Below, piece by piece: positions 1 to 12,060 of a DNA stretch of 64,000 nt. How positions within the stretch are numbered: the first letter of the stretch is position 1; each line of letters begins with the position of its first letter. This DNA is from Eukaryota sp. GEM-RC1 (Eukaryota), in assembly GCA_040285855.1 (NCBI GenBank), contig JAUFOQ010000017.1:868001-932000 (forward strand), given 5' to 3'. A model generated the notes under the pieces. It searched no databases, was not told where the DNA came from, and saw nothing but the letters and a program-made list of their open reading frames with translations. The position numbers were made by a program, and so were the translations under genes.

Positions 1-1
1 A

Positions 2-2900
2 AATACTTCTGAACAAGAAAGTCGTTCCCGTACCATCAAAACATATATGAAACTTGTTGTAAAGCTTGCTGATAAGCATGCAGTTAACTTGTCACTTGTT
101 CTTCTTCCTTATGGAACATACAATTCATGGAGAACTAAATCCATCCACATAACGGAAGTGTCAACATCTGACTTACCAGATGATCTTAAAAAGGGTACCA
201 TGGATTTTTGCCTCAACTACAAATCAGCCGTTGCCATTGTGCTAGATGTTGATCTAGAAACTGTTCATCTCTTTCCTTTTGATGGTTCTTATGAGAAGCG
301 TGACATATCTCTTCCACTTCCTTCAACAACTTCAACTCTAAATCATCTTAAGGATCTACTCAAAGACGTTAAACGAGTTACAATTGCTCGTTCCCCTCCT
401 CCTCCTCAGCCTCAGTCTCCTCCTCTTTTACATGATTGTGACAATACTCGCTTTGACGATACTCCATCGCAAGTCGTTTTTCCTTCACCAAAACGTCGTA
501 TTGATAACTTCGCAATCAATCATATTCATTCTATTTTCTCTGAACCATCTGAAATAGTTCCTGTTCCAGTCAGTGATAATGCTAATTTATCTAAACCTAT
601 GAAACGCAAAAAACAACGTAACCCGTTGATTCTTTCTGTAGATTTAATCAGTGATCAGTTTTACATAAATTCAAAATTAAAATTTGAATTTAGTGATATT
701 GAGAAAATGTTGACAAAGGATGATAGGGAAGGTAAAACACAACTCTTGTTGAGTTCTGAACTTGATTTCATTGTGATGCTTGCATTCCAAAAATTTAAAT
801 CAAGGAGGTACAAATTCCTGCAATCTCAAGAAACTCAACAGTTGGCAGGTGATCCAATATGCTATGCCTTACATTCTGGTAAGGCTATTGTCGATACACT
901 AAAATCAGGAAAAGAATTCTTGCCCCATTATGTTTGGTGAAAGAACATGTTCCTGGTGATGCAGGATCTGGTCATTGGATTCTTATTGAATTGTTTCTAA
1001 ATGAAGCAAATGTTTTATTATTCAATATTTATGATTCTTTGGATTATTCATTAACCACTGAATTAATCGTTAATCCTTTTAGAACTGTTTATGGATGTGG
1101 GGAAACAAATCTGTTTGCAAGATTACCAGAGTATAAGGTGGACTACTATATACCTTTTGCACAGTCAACATCGTCTCTTATCTGTGGATGGATTGTCTGT
1201 TTGAATGTTACTTTAATTTTACTAGGATTAATGGTTGATGCACGTCAGGAACAAAATCAGACAAAATTAAACACTAACAGATCAAGAAAAAATCTATGTC
1301 TTGTTATGTATGATCTACTTCAGAGTGTACAACCTAGAGATGGGAGCCGGCTAAATTTAGCCGGCTCAGCCAACTAGCCGAGCCAGCCGGCTGTCCCAAA
1401 TTGGAAATATTTCCAGCTGCAAGCCGGCTGGCTCAAATAACTTTTAGCCGGCTCAAGCCGATTATTGAAATTTCATTTTTGACAGCTGAAATATTTATAA
1501 TTCGTTCATGAATTGATACAAACATAACATTGCAGGACATTAAATATTAAAACTAAAGAATTTCTATAAAAATAATCTTTATCAACATTAGCACAATAAT
1601 CAGCAGTTTACATTCTTCACATCAATTTGCAATGGACATTACTTTGGTCTCTGACAATGAAGAACCTATAGAAGTATCTCAAAGCAACTCTTCCAACGAC
1701 ATAGTTTCCTTAGAACTCCTCAAGCCTCTTCCCAAAGATATTGCTCCTTTCTTCCAACAGGCGGCCAAGAAACTCCCAAATGGTGATATAGAAGTGCGTA
1801 CTGAAACCATCGAATGTAAATTTTGTGTCTCTAAGCGCTACAAGTCATCGACAGCCACAGGTAACTTGCGTTCTCATGTGAGAAAGCACCATAATAAGCT
1901 CTATGAATCTGAAGTTCCTCCCCTTAAAAAGAGTCGACAAATAACTGAATATCTTCAGCCAACAGAACGCTCCTTCAAAAAAGATCCAAGTGGAGTAATT
2001 CCTCTCATTGTTGATCATATTCTTGCAGGAAGTTAGACATCCGCTATTAACACGCCTTCAGGAGGAGTATAGCAGTGAAAATGGAGGAAGAGAAGTGAGA
2101 AAGAAGACCAAATCCTTCAGAGCTAAGCTTAAGATCATCAAAGAATCTGTGTCCCAGAACAGTACCACAGATGAACGTTCTGACTCTGAGGATCTATCAG
2201 TTGAAAAGGAGTTAGATACGTATCTTTCTATGTTTTCGGCCGAGAATGACAATCCCTTAGATTGGTGGAGAGTAAACTCTGAAAACTTTCCTCTGATGAG
2301 CAAATTTGCAAGGGATATGTTAGCTGTTCAAGCGACCTCCGTTAGTAGTGAACGATTGTTTTCACAAACTGGTAACGTAATAACTAAGAAGCGTTCCCGG
2401 TTAGATGACACCACGGTAACTGCATTAATGTGTTTGCGGTGCTGGCTTTTGAACGAAGAAGATCAGAAAGACGATGAGTAGAGTAGCGATAATTGAAGAA
2501 TAGGGTAGAATTTATGTATAACAATAATGAACCACATAAAACAAATCTATCAAAGAAAAGACACTGAAAGCATATGCTTTGACAAAACAGTTAAACAATA
2601 AATCTACATCAAACTCATTGCGGCTGAGCCGGCTAAAGCCGGCTTGAGCCGGCTAAACTATGTTGGAAGCCATAGCCGGCTAACTAGTACCTGCAGCTGA
2701 GCCGTGAGGAAAATTTGAGCCGGCTCCCATCTATAGTACAACCTGACTTGGTGACAGAACAAAATGTAATTGATGGTTCAACAACAAAATTTGAAAACAA
2801 ATCGTCAAAGACAAAAGACGAAAATGAAGTTTTAGGGAAAAAACAGGAAAACGAAGAATTAAAACCACTGCAAGTGTTTTTGGAATCAAAAAGACTTTAA
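2..2900 (+). CDS. Ulp1/SENP-like (peptidase C48) cysteine protease, 5'-truncated by the window edge, frameshifted near 925-935 and interrupted by a hAT element
   Basis: Frame is open from base 2. Triad motifs GSGHWILI, IYDSL and AQSTSSLICGWIVC. Removing 1335-2735 plus one TSD joins ...LLQSVQP to DLVTEQNV... (ORF ending 2900) in frame. Two homopolymer +1 indels (cccc, ttt) would restore FLPIMLVKEH. Confidence 0.75.
1335..2735 (+). mobile_element. Non-autonomous (internally deleted) hAT DNA transposon
   Basis: 18-bp TIRs TAGAGATGGGAGCCGGCT / AGCCGGCTCCCATCTATA (1 mismatch), 8-bp TSD GTACAACC at 1327-1334 and 2736-2743, many subterminal GCCGGCT motifs. Confidence 0.95.
1632..2481 (+). pseudogene. 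hAT transposase remnant: BED zinc finger joined to the C-terminal dimerization domain, catalytic core deleted
   Basis: CKFC...LRSHVRKHH (BED) in 1632-2036; PLDWWR...LAVQATSVSSERLFS...RSRL (hATC) in 2008-2481. Confidence 0.9.
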
Positions 2901-3378
2901 AAAAATGAATTGACAGTGATAGAGAATAAATAGTACAATATAGATGTATTTATAATTTTGTAAAACATATAAGAATAACACAGCAAATAAACAATAATAA
3001 TTGTACAATATTACAATGTTCAATTTTGCAGTTTGAACTGTGTCAGACGTAGTCTGAATACCAATGTTTTGTTACATAGTTATTACACACAGAACAATCC
3101 GTGAATTTCATCCACCTGAAATCTGACAGAAATTTGTTACAGATTTAGTATGTCAGAAAATGTGACATATAAAACCAGACCAATTTGTTACATATTCAGT
3201 GTAGATGTGGTAGCATAGTTTATGTGAAAAATCATGGTATAAATTATAAATTTAGACCAGATAAACCCAATCAATCAACTTCTTCGTTGATTGATAAATA
3301 AAGAAAAAATTGTAATAAAGACTTATAATTATTATATTGTTCTACATAATAAAAAAACATCAATGAATTATTGAAAGA

Positions 3379-3860
3379 CTATATAAAATCAAGTGATTGC
3401 AATCCTGAGGGTCTAAAGAAGTGTTTTTCCAAATTTTGCTTTTTGTCCTTATCACGGATAGAATCGTAAAAGACAACGATTTTTTGATTATGTTCATACA
3501 AATTGTAAACATGTCTGGCATCATTTGGCAGATCAAAGATTATACAAAGATCAGCCCGAACAGAATGGTTAACCGCTAATTGAGTAGTACTGATCAATAA
3601 AACAGGATCAGTCTGTTCATCGAATATTTTCAGACTTGATGTAATCTTTCGTGGTTTTCCACCCTCTAGTGTCACAACTTTAAAAGCAACCTCAGAAACA
3701 AGCCTTGAAAGTTTCCTTACTTTTTCAACTGAATCAGTTGTAATTACAACTTTTGTAACTCAAATATAGTCAACAAATGCTTCACCTTGTTGATTTTTTC
3801 ATCAACACTCCATCTAGATGAAAGAAACTGAAGTCTTTTCGTCGTATCAATGTCGATGGG
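3379..3860 (-). other. Degenerate DEAD-box (eIF4A-like) helicase C-terminal domain at the polyprotein C-terminus
   Basis: EKINKVKHLL...VITTDSVEKVRKL...FKVVTLEGG...PVLLISTTQLA...LCIIFDLPND follows the HELICc layout, but motifs V and VI (ARGxD, HRxGR) are lost. Confidence 0.55.
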
Positions 3861-6615
3861 ATGAGCACTTTCTTCAACAACAGGAATCTCAACTTGTTGA
3901 ACTTGTTGAGTCGATTGAACAGTTAAAGCATGTAGTTCAAGACTTCGTTGTTCGTAAATATTTTTTGAATCACAAGAGCGAACATCATGAACTTCTAATG
4001 GTACACCAGAAATACCAATCACAGATAATGCTGAAAGCATTAACAGTGTTCCATCCTTTTCAGAACAATGAAAGAATTTAAATCATTGCAAAAATCGATT
4101 TTTAACAGTTGACCTGTTAACTCACCACTTGAACAATCAATAATAAATTGAATCTGTTTCTTTGGTAGTTTCAAACCGAAACCAACACAGAACCCAAATT
4201 CCGTGATGTACATTATTGTGTCATAATGCTTAACATACACTGCATCTATAATTCTGTCATCTTTGTGACAGGAGCAAAATTCCCATACAGGTTGTTCACC
4301 AAGCAGCTCCCTTTCATACAAGTCTAACTTTCGGATGGAACAAGTGCCGACAACTAGAACGAAATCGTCATAGCACTTCAAACTTTTGAATTCTTCGTCA
4401 CGATCAATTTCAGACATGTTTAAATCCATTAATGTTGATAATTCTGAACAATTAACACAATTTTTTCATCTTCCTGCACAAAAATGATCAACAACAGAGT
4501 CTTCGTTGCGACAACAAAACAATTTTTGCAGCAGCCATGTCAATACATTGAGAATCAAAACTGTCTCTGGCCAACGGCAACGGTAATACTTGTCGAATAG
4601 TCTTTCGTTTGTCTGTTTTTGGCTTGTATTGAATCATAAATATGGGCCCTTCAAAAGCAATCAGTATGGCCTGGTAAAGCAATTGATGATGAAGTGCAAA
4701 CATAGTCAATTGATTGTCAAATGGTTTACACTGTGGTCTATCATCATCAATACTGCGACTGAACCTTCGGAGTTCTTTATCAATGTTGTAGACTACAAAT
4801 CGTAATGTAACATTCAACACAGGAGTAGGAGTAGGAGTAATAGCAGAAAAAAATTCTGTATGGAGAGTTTCGACAACGTCGTTGTCTATATTCAACGTTC
4901 CAATGGCAATTTTTGATTCAAATGAAAAAACAACATAGAAAGTTCTCATTTCTTCACGTGTAAAATTTAAGATTTGAACATTTTGTCCTAAATATTTAGC
5001 AGTATGAGAAGAGGCAGTACAATACGACTTAGTCCAAGATGACAAATCCAAAGTACTTGTAGCTACTGGTGACTGGGGCAATGCAGTAGTTTCACTAATC
5101 ATGGGTTCAGGAAGGTCAGCGTTTTCGGGGATCATAGGTTCTTCAACCTTGTGTTGGGCTAAGGTAATTTCAGAATTTACTACTTCATTAAGTGTAGTAC
5201 ATGATGATGCACATAAAGGACACGCAGGATCAAAGCACATCAACAGGTCCTGTTCATCATTGACTTGGAAATTTAGTAACTGGAAATGATGTTTCCTTCC
5301 ATTCACATAATCCACGGTAACTGGTGGACTGTTACTTTTCAGTAAGTTGAAATCAAGAATAATAATGTTGTCATACCACGATTTCAACACAGTTATGGGA
5401 ACCTCACCTTGTTCCGTTAAATATACCAAAATACGTAATCGATTGATACATCCAAAGGTGGATTCGATTGGTAACTCATGATAAGGCCAGTAAACATTCC
5501 AGACACGTTTTACCTCAAAAGATCCATGAATATCCAGCTCATTACTGTATGCAATTAATTGTTTGAACCTCGAATCTTGACAATGCATTGGTGTACCAAC
5601 CTTGATAGATGGCTTTGCCATTTCCGAAACCAAATTGATATTGAAGTTCATGAGCCATACGATGAACAAGTATTGAAAAGAAGAAGGAATATGAGACAAG
5701 AATTGTGGAAACTTATCACCAACAGAAATACCATTATGATAACCTAGATCTGTAGGTACAGGGAACAGTGATTTGGCACATTTAACTTCCTTGGACCACT
5801 CATTATCAATACGAGTGTATTGAGTCAAATCACTACAAGGACTTGACATAATGTCGAAAGTTAATTTAATAGAATTTCTTGGTATATGCAAATGTACGAT
5901 ATTACCCCACTGTAACAATTGGTTGTACATGTTCCAAAATTCTGGGCCATTGACAACTTTCAATGCCATTGATAAATTGAATCGTGATTTGATAATGAAT
6001 CTATACCAATCAAGATGGAACGTAAGAGAAAAATTTTTTAATGAATCAAGAGTTCCACGGCACTTGTTGACAAACAGTAGATTTTCAATTTCAGTTGTAT
6101 TCTCTGAATGCAACATAACAACAGTGCTTTCGGTTTCACCTGGAGCTAGATCTGAAGTAATTTTAACTTTTGAACATAATGTCTCTGAAGGAGTACTGTC
6201 ATCATCACTGTCATTAACTTTTAGAGATTTGGAAGATTTGACAATTTTTGTTCATCAAACAATTTCTTTATAAAGCTGTTAAATTTTTTCCATTGACATA
6301 ACCTTCCAACTTCAACCTAACTGAGAATGAATTGTCTACTACAGTTGAATGGAATGACTTATTGGGATAAGAAGCCACAATGGCTTGAAAGAGAGACGTC
6401 GTTGAATTTGGAGATTCAAAAGAGAAGAGAAGATTGTTGATTCATTTCGAAACTTATTGAGTGTAACTTCAGAAGGATTTGATATGAAATTGACAAGTTT
6501 TAGAGCAATGCCTTCCAATGATATTAATTGATTTTTGAGATGAGTATTAGAATCTTCCATATCCACGAAACGTGAAACTAAAGATCTTAGTTCATTTAAA
6601 TATCGCTCTAGTTTT

Positions 6616-8513
6616 TCAAAAAACTAATTTAGATAAATTCTTAAGGGCTTGATCATTAAGGGTTTGATCACGTGTTGGGACAATATCCAGATTTTTAATA
6701 AATTCGCCACATAAAATGTAATGAACCAAGGATAATTTGAAAAACATGTCTGAACGTACAACTTTAGATTCTTCAATAGTAGAGAGTTGTTTGAGTAAAG
6801 GAATCGATTGTGAAAAGGTATACAAATCGTAAAATGACATAAAAGTTGTACGAGAGCAACGAATGAACGACATAGAATTGATACCCGCAAGAAGAATCAA
6901 TCCAGGACACAGGTAATTGTTTGTTAAACAGAAAAATAAAAACTTGAAGTTGTAGAATGAAATATTGGCATTGGTGCAAATCTTTCCGAGATAAGTAAGG
7001 GGAGAATTTAGTTGGTTTTTTGAAAGAACATTAGTGCGGAAAAGAACATCAACCGAAGACATGATGTTCTCGCTAGAAGGAACATCAGGCAGTTGACTGA
7101 TGAAAAATTCAGGGGGATTTGGACGATTACTGATTAAAAATTGAGGATTTTCAGCGATCTGTTTGATTGTTAACAATGGCTCAATCAACGAACAATTTAG
7201 AATTTCTGGTTCGTCGAAATGCAATCTCGAAGTTCCATTCGGATATAAGTTTGTCTGCACAAGACGTAACGAAAGTCCAGGAGAATTTCTTCCAGCACGA
7301 CCAGAGCGCTGGTCCAAAGAAGCAATGGAGCAATGATGAGTGTCGAGAAGGTCATCTGCATCAGTTTGCTTTGACAAACCACAGTCAATGACAAATTTGA
7401 CCCCATCAATAGTCAAGGAAGATTCTGCTATATTGGTAGCAATGACAATTTTAAATTGTTTTTTCGCTGGTTTAGCCACAGCTGCATCTTGTTGGACTGA
7501 ATCCAGACTTGAATACAACGGATACACACCTGGCTTCTCAGAAGAAGCTGGGATGTATAGACCACCAGATCCACTTTTTTCTGACTCTCATACTCATTCT
7601 CAATAATATTACTGAGAGTTGTAATTTCTGGACTTCCAGGAAGAAACACGAGCAAAGTAAATCCTGTACATTCTGGTTCAAACTGAAAAAGCTTCTGAGA
7701 CAGGGAGTAATAACAGAGACATAGTCGGGCTAACGCTCTGAAATTGATACTTTTATATGAAAGAGGATTACAGTGTTGAGTGAAATAGTCGTAGTATGAG
7801 TTCACATTGAAGACAAAATAAGTGTAAATATCAATAAAATGATCGTTGAAAACCTGTTGAAGTGTAGGTTCAAATATCGGAGTTATCACAAGTTTTGATA
7901 TTAAGGGACTATAATGAAATTCATTTTGACGAACAAAATTCACATCAAGGACAATCAGTGGATTGGTTCTTCCAGCTGCATGGATAGTATAGGAGGGTTC
8001 GGTATCTAAATAATTTCCTTGTGTAAGGTAATTAAAACAAGGATTAGGTTTGTCCATAGTTGCCGAACAGATTACCACTCTCAATTTTGAATCAGTTTGG
8101 GAAATTATTCTCATTTGTGCTAATAAAATGTCAATGTCACATTTTCTTTCATGAACTTCATCCACCATGATAGTTGCAAATCGAGACAGATTGCTATTAT
8201 TTGTCAGAAATTTAGAAGTGAAGGCAGCGGTTTGAACTTCGATAAATCTTGGTGAATGTACTGGAATGTTCGTATTCTTGTTGCCTGTTCGGTATCCAGA
8301 CAGAGGAAAATCACTATGACATAAATCATTGATAAAATCGGAGAGTTTTGTGGCTGGTAGAACTCTAGGTTGACACACAATGATTGGTTTCAAAGTAACC
8401 ATAACCACAACAACACCAGTTAAAACAGATTTCCCGGAACCTGTTTGACCAGAAACAATAAACGGAATAATATTGTTGTCTTTGACATGATTTTGACCAA
8501 CAACACGAAACAA
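6616..8513 (-). other. DEAH/RHA-family RNA helicase domain (frameshifted near 7530-7590)
   Basis: GQTGSGKS, QPRVLPA, DEVHER, SAT, LVFLPG, ATNIAESSLTIDGVKFVIDCG, QRSGRAGR. Confidence 0.92.
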
Positions 8514-9672
8514 TTGTTAAAAAGTGTCTTTTCCTTCATTAACAAATGCAATACGGCAGTTACGTGCTTTTGAAATCAACTGAAAGCAAGAAAACACCAA
8601 GTGGAAGTAGGCGTCATTACTGTCAACTGTATTATTCCACTGTTCAGTTAGTGTCAAAATTTGAAGAATTTGTGTTAGTAAATCACTTTCGCGGACATAA
8701 GATTTCAAATGTGCTAATTTAGAGCATACTTTAGGAAAATCAATTGATGTAAATGTACACGTTGGTTCCTCTGGTGAAGTCACAGTGCTTGGGAAATTGT
8801 AAACATAGCGGGGAGGTCGTCTCCATTGAAGATAATGATCTAACAACATCTTGTAATCACTATGATTTGACGCCAACCATGACAATGAGACTAAGTATTC
8901 CATTGCCTGGAAACAGAAAGACATTAAAGAGAGATCTTTGTTTTCTTTTTTTTGTTCATAATGGTAATGGGCACAAAATGACAGTTGGAACATGAGCATA
9001 CTCATAGTTTCAATTTTGTTTTCGAAAAAATCTTGATATACAGTAAACTGATGTCGGTAAACTTCTTTCCGTTGTACAACTTGTTTAGTTTCAGGGTCTT
9101 TAATTTCGACAATGCGGCTTTCTTCATCTGTATCCACAAAAGTATAGTGCTCGAGAAAATGACAAAAGTTAAAAAAATCTTGAAAGTAATTGAGAAGTGT
9201 AGGACGAATCTCTGATATTATTAAAATCATCCCGCATAATACTAAGAGAAGTTTGATTATATAGATCATCAAATCCGTCATCATTTAAAGGATCGTCTGT
9301 AGGATCGTCAGTATGTTCAAAATCAGAATCTTTGACATCAACATCAGGTATTTTGGGGGCTTCTTTTTCAATTAATTCAATAACATGAGCAATATCAAAG
9401 ATTAACATTTTGAGTTTATAAGTAGCTTTTGACTTTGCAAACTTTTCAATCACTTTTTGGTTTTCTTTGTACATTTCCAAAGTAAATTGATTATTCGTAC
9501 GATCATACACTTGAAGGTTGAGTTTTTTCTCCTCCACAACAAATTGCAGATGAAGCATTGTTAATAAAATGTCCAGCATAACCTCAGGACGTACCAAAAC
9601 TTTAGGGTTGATATTTTGATACAAGGATGTGATACTTAATGAAACATCACTAAGTCTAAAAGTTTGGAAGGG

Positions 9673-9714
9673 ACATTCATTATAACTGTGACCAGGAAGA
9701 AGGCAGAAGAGACA
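9673..9714 (-). other. CCHC zinc knuckle
   Basis: CLFCLLPGHSYNEC = C-x2-C-x4-H-x4-C. Confidence 0.8.
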
Positions 9715-10419
9715 TGGAGCAATAAAAAGGCAAAACGATTCACGAAAAGAAGGTTGTTTTTGAGGACAATGGGGAGGCATCTCATATTTGAATCCAAGAG
9801 GCATAATCGGTAAACTCACAGTAGATTCTCGATTAGGGTCACACAATTGACACCAATATTTATGGAGGGATTCCAACGCTCCATCATAACTGAGCAAGTA
9901 ATGATTAGCATCTTGTTGACATTCAATCAACTCCGATTCATAGTGTTTGGCCATGATGTAATTTTCAATTCTCCAATTACTTGGCGTGTCACCAGGTTTG
10001 CAACACTCTTGTATAATTTGGGCCAGGAACGAGCGTCGTGATTCATTGTCTGGATTGGGAATGACATCTGGAGCGAGATCAGTTAAGTTTTCGGATTCAT
10101 CTATAAAAACATGATTCATACATGAACAAACTTGGAAACCAGGTGTTCTTCCAGATCTTAGCACTGGATGGGCAAAAGTTTCATGTGGAATACGGCAGTA
10201 ACGATGCAATATGCCCATGTGGTATTTAGTTCTTTGATTATGTTTCTTTTGTTTTAGCTGAGTTTCTTCTGTTAGAGTTTCTTCTGTTGGCGGTTCTTCT
10301 GTTGGCAGTTCTTGTGTTGGCAATTCTTCTGGTAGCGTTTCTGGCAGAGATGGAGGAGGCGATGGTGACACAGAAGTTCTTCTGGGTCTCTTTACTTCTG
10401 GGGATGGTAAACGATCATG

Positions 10420-10470
10420 GGGACCTGGATTCTGCTCAACGTCTCCATCGATAGAGAGATCACGTTTCCA
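10420..10470 (-). other. 2A-like ribosomal skipping (StopGo) peptide
   Basis: WKRDLSIDGDVEQNPG|P matches the D(V/I)ExNPG|P consensus exactly, with a typical upstream WxRDL. Confidence 0.88.
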
Positions 10471-10471
10471 T

Positions 10472-11401
10472 GATGTGGACGAGAGGATAGAGCACAGAAT
10501 AAGCGGAGACGACATCTTAGGACGAGGAGGGAAGCACGTATCCACACATTTCTTCAACCCACCATCCATATCCCGTGACCGTGCTATGGAAACAGTGTTT
10601 GGATGATGAGATGAAGCAATGGCGGATGTGGACGAGAGGATAGAGCACAGAATAAGCGGAGACGACATCTTAGGACGAGGAGGGAAGCACGTATCCACAC
10701 ATTTCTTCAACCCACCATCCATATCCCGTGACCGTGCTATGGAAACAGTGTTTGGATGATGAGATGAAGCAATGGCGGATGTGGACGAGAGGATAGAGCA
10801 CAGAATAAGCAGAGACGACATCTTAGGACGAGGAGGGAAGCACGTATCCACACATTTCTTCAACCCACCATCCATATCCCGTGACCGTGCTATGGAAACA
10901 GTGTTTGGATGATGAGATGAAGCAATGGCGGATGTGGACGAGAGGATAGATCACAGAATAAGCGGAGACGACATCTTAGGACGAGGAGGGAAGCACGTAT
11001 CCACACATTTCTTCAACCCACTATCCATATCCCGTGACCGTGCTATGGAAACAGTGTTTGGATGATGAGATGAAGCAATGGCGGATGTGGACGAGAGGAT
11101 AGAGCACAGAATAAGCGGAGACGACATCTTAGGACGAGGAGGGAAGCACGTATCCACACATTTCTTCAACCCACCATCCATATCCCGTGACCGTGCTATG
11201 GAAACAGTGTTTGGATGATGAGATGAAGCAATGGCGGATGTGGACGAGAGGATAGAGCACAGAATAAGCGGAGACGACATCTTAGGACGAGGAGGGAAGC
11301 ACCTATCCACACATTTCTTCAACCCACCATCCATATCCCGTGACCGTGCTATGGAAACAGTGTTTGGATGATGAGATGAAGCAATGGCGGATGTGGACGA
11401 G
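10472..11401. repeat. Six near-identical 153-bp (51-aa) tandem repeats
   Basis: Unit start GATGTGGACGAG at 10472, 10625, 10778, 10931, 11084, 11237 and a partial at 11390; only a few substitutions. Confidence 0.97.
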
Positions 11402-11511
11402 GCGAGGGGTGTTAGCAGTATAATAGAAGACATTGGAGTGGGAAAATTATGGAGCTGTAAACAACTAAATTCCATTTGTCTTTATTAAAAACATTTAAAT
11501 AAACACAAATA

Positions 11512-11941
11512 CTAGAATTCAATATCATTAAAGCAACAATCATTGCCATTAAAACTCACATCAGCTTTTTCTTCATAAAAAACACTGAGAGCTAATAGAG
11601 CTTTTGAAATCATGATAGGAATTGTTTTAAATATTGTAAAAACAATACGATTCAACCAAAATTTGAAATCAAATTTCTTGTTCATTCATTTTTGACCACT
11701 TTCTCAAAATCAGAGAGAAAACAAAGAGCATCTCTACCAAGTCGACCATAAATTGAAATTGCAAAGGACATAATTTGTACTCAACATGTCTAATATGTTT
11801 GAGAGCAGTCAGTGGTTCCTCATATTTGTTTCTCTTGTATTGTTCTGAAGAATTCAGTGGAGAAACTTCATTTTTAGCATCCTTGAATGCACTTTTTTTG
11901 CAAACATCCACAGTAATCACATCAAAAACATCTGTAAACAA
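11512..11941 (-). CDS. Small hypothetical protein (frameshifted)
   Basis: ORF 11669-11941 plus a coding-like tail ...ALLALSVFYEEKADVSFNGNDCCFNDIEF* ending at 11512. Confidence 0.3.
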
Positions 11942-12060
11942 CTATACTGTACAGATAGAACAAGGAATTCTCATGACTTCACAAATACATTTACAAGGAT
12001 CGTTTTGTGTACACTTTTATTTTCTCTTAGATACAAGTAGAACAATTTATTACTGTGCGT

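Larger units (their letters stand above)
3379..11475 (-). pseudogene. Large disrupted polyprotein (~2,700 codons): repeats - 2A - CCHC knuckle - DEAH helicase - unknown region - degenerate DEAD-box HELICc
   Basis: Successive minus-strand ORFs abut or overlap. The 10951-11475 and 9169-10875 pieces are in the same frame (TGC>TGA in one repeat); 8517-9284 and 7428-8513 are in the same frame across one TAA; most other junctions fall at homopolymer indels. Confidence 0.7.

Noticed and set aside
3044..3192. Hairpin TCAGAC-GTA-GTCTGA and three TTTGTTACA motifs as a Helitron end
   Set aside because: No CTRR terminus at the expected distance; kept only as a possible boundary.
8514..8519. Stop-codon reassignment to explain in-frame TAA/TGA
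   Set aside because: Intact genes end at TAA, TAG and TGA normally and have no internal stops.
10472..11401. CRISPR-like array
   Set aside because: Whole 153-bp units are near-identical; there are no unique spacers and no cas genes.
3379..11475. Endogenous RNA virus or retrotransposon
   Set aside because: No RdRp, reverse transcriptase, integrase or capsid motif recognised; the helicase resembles cellular DEAH proteins.
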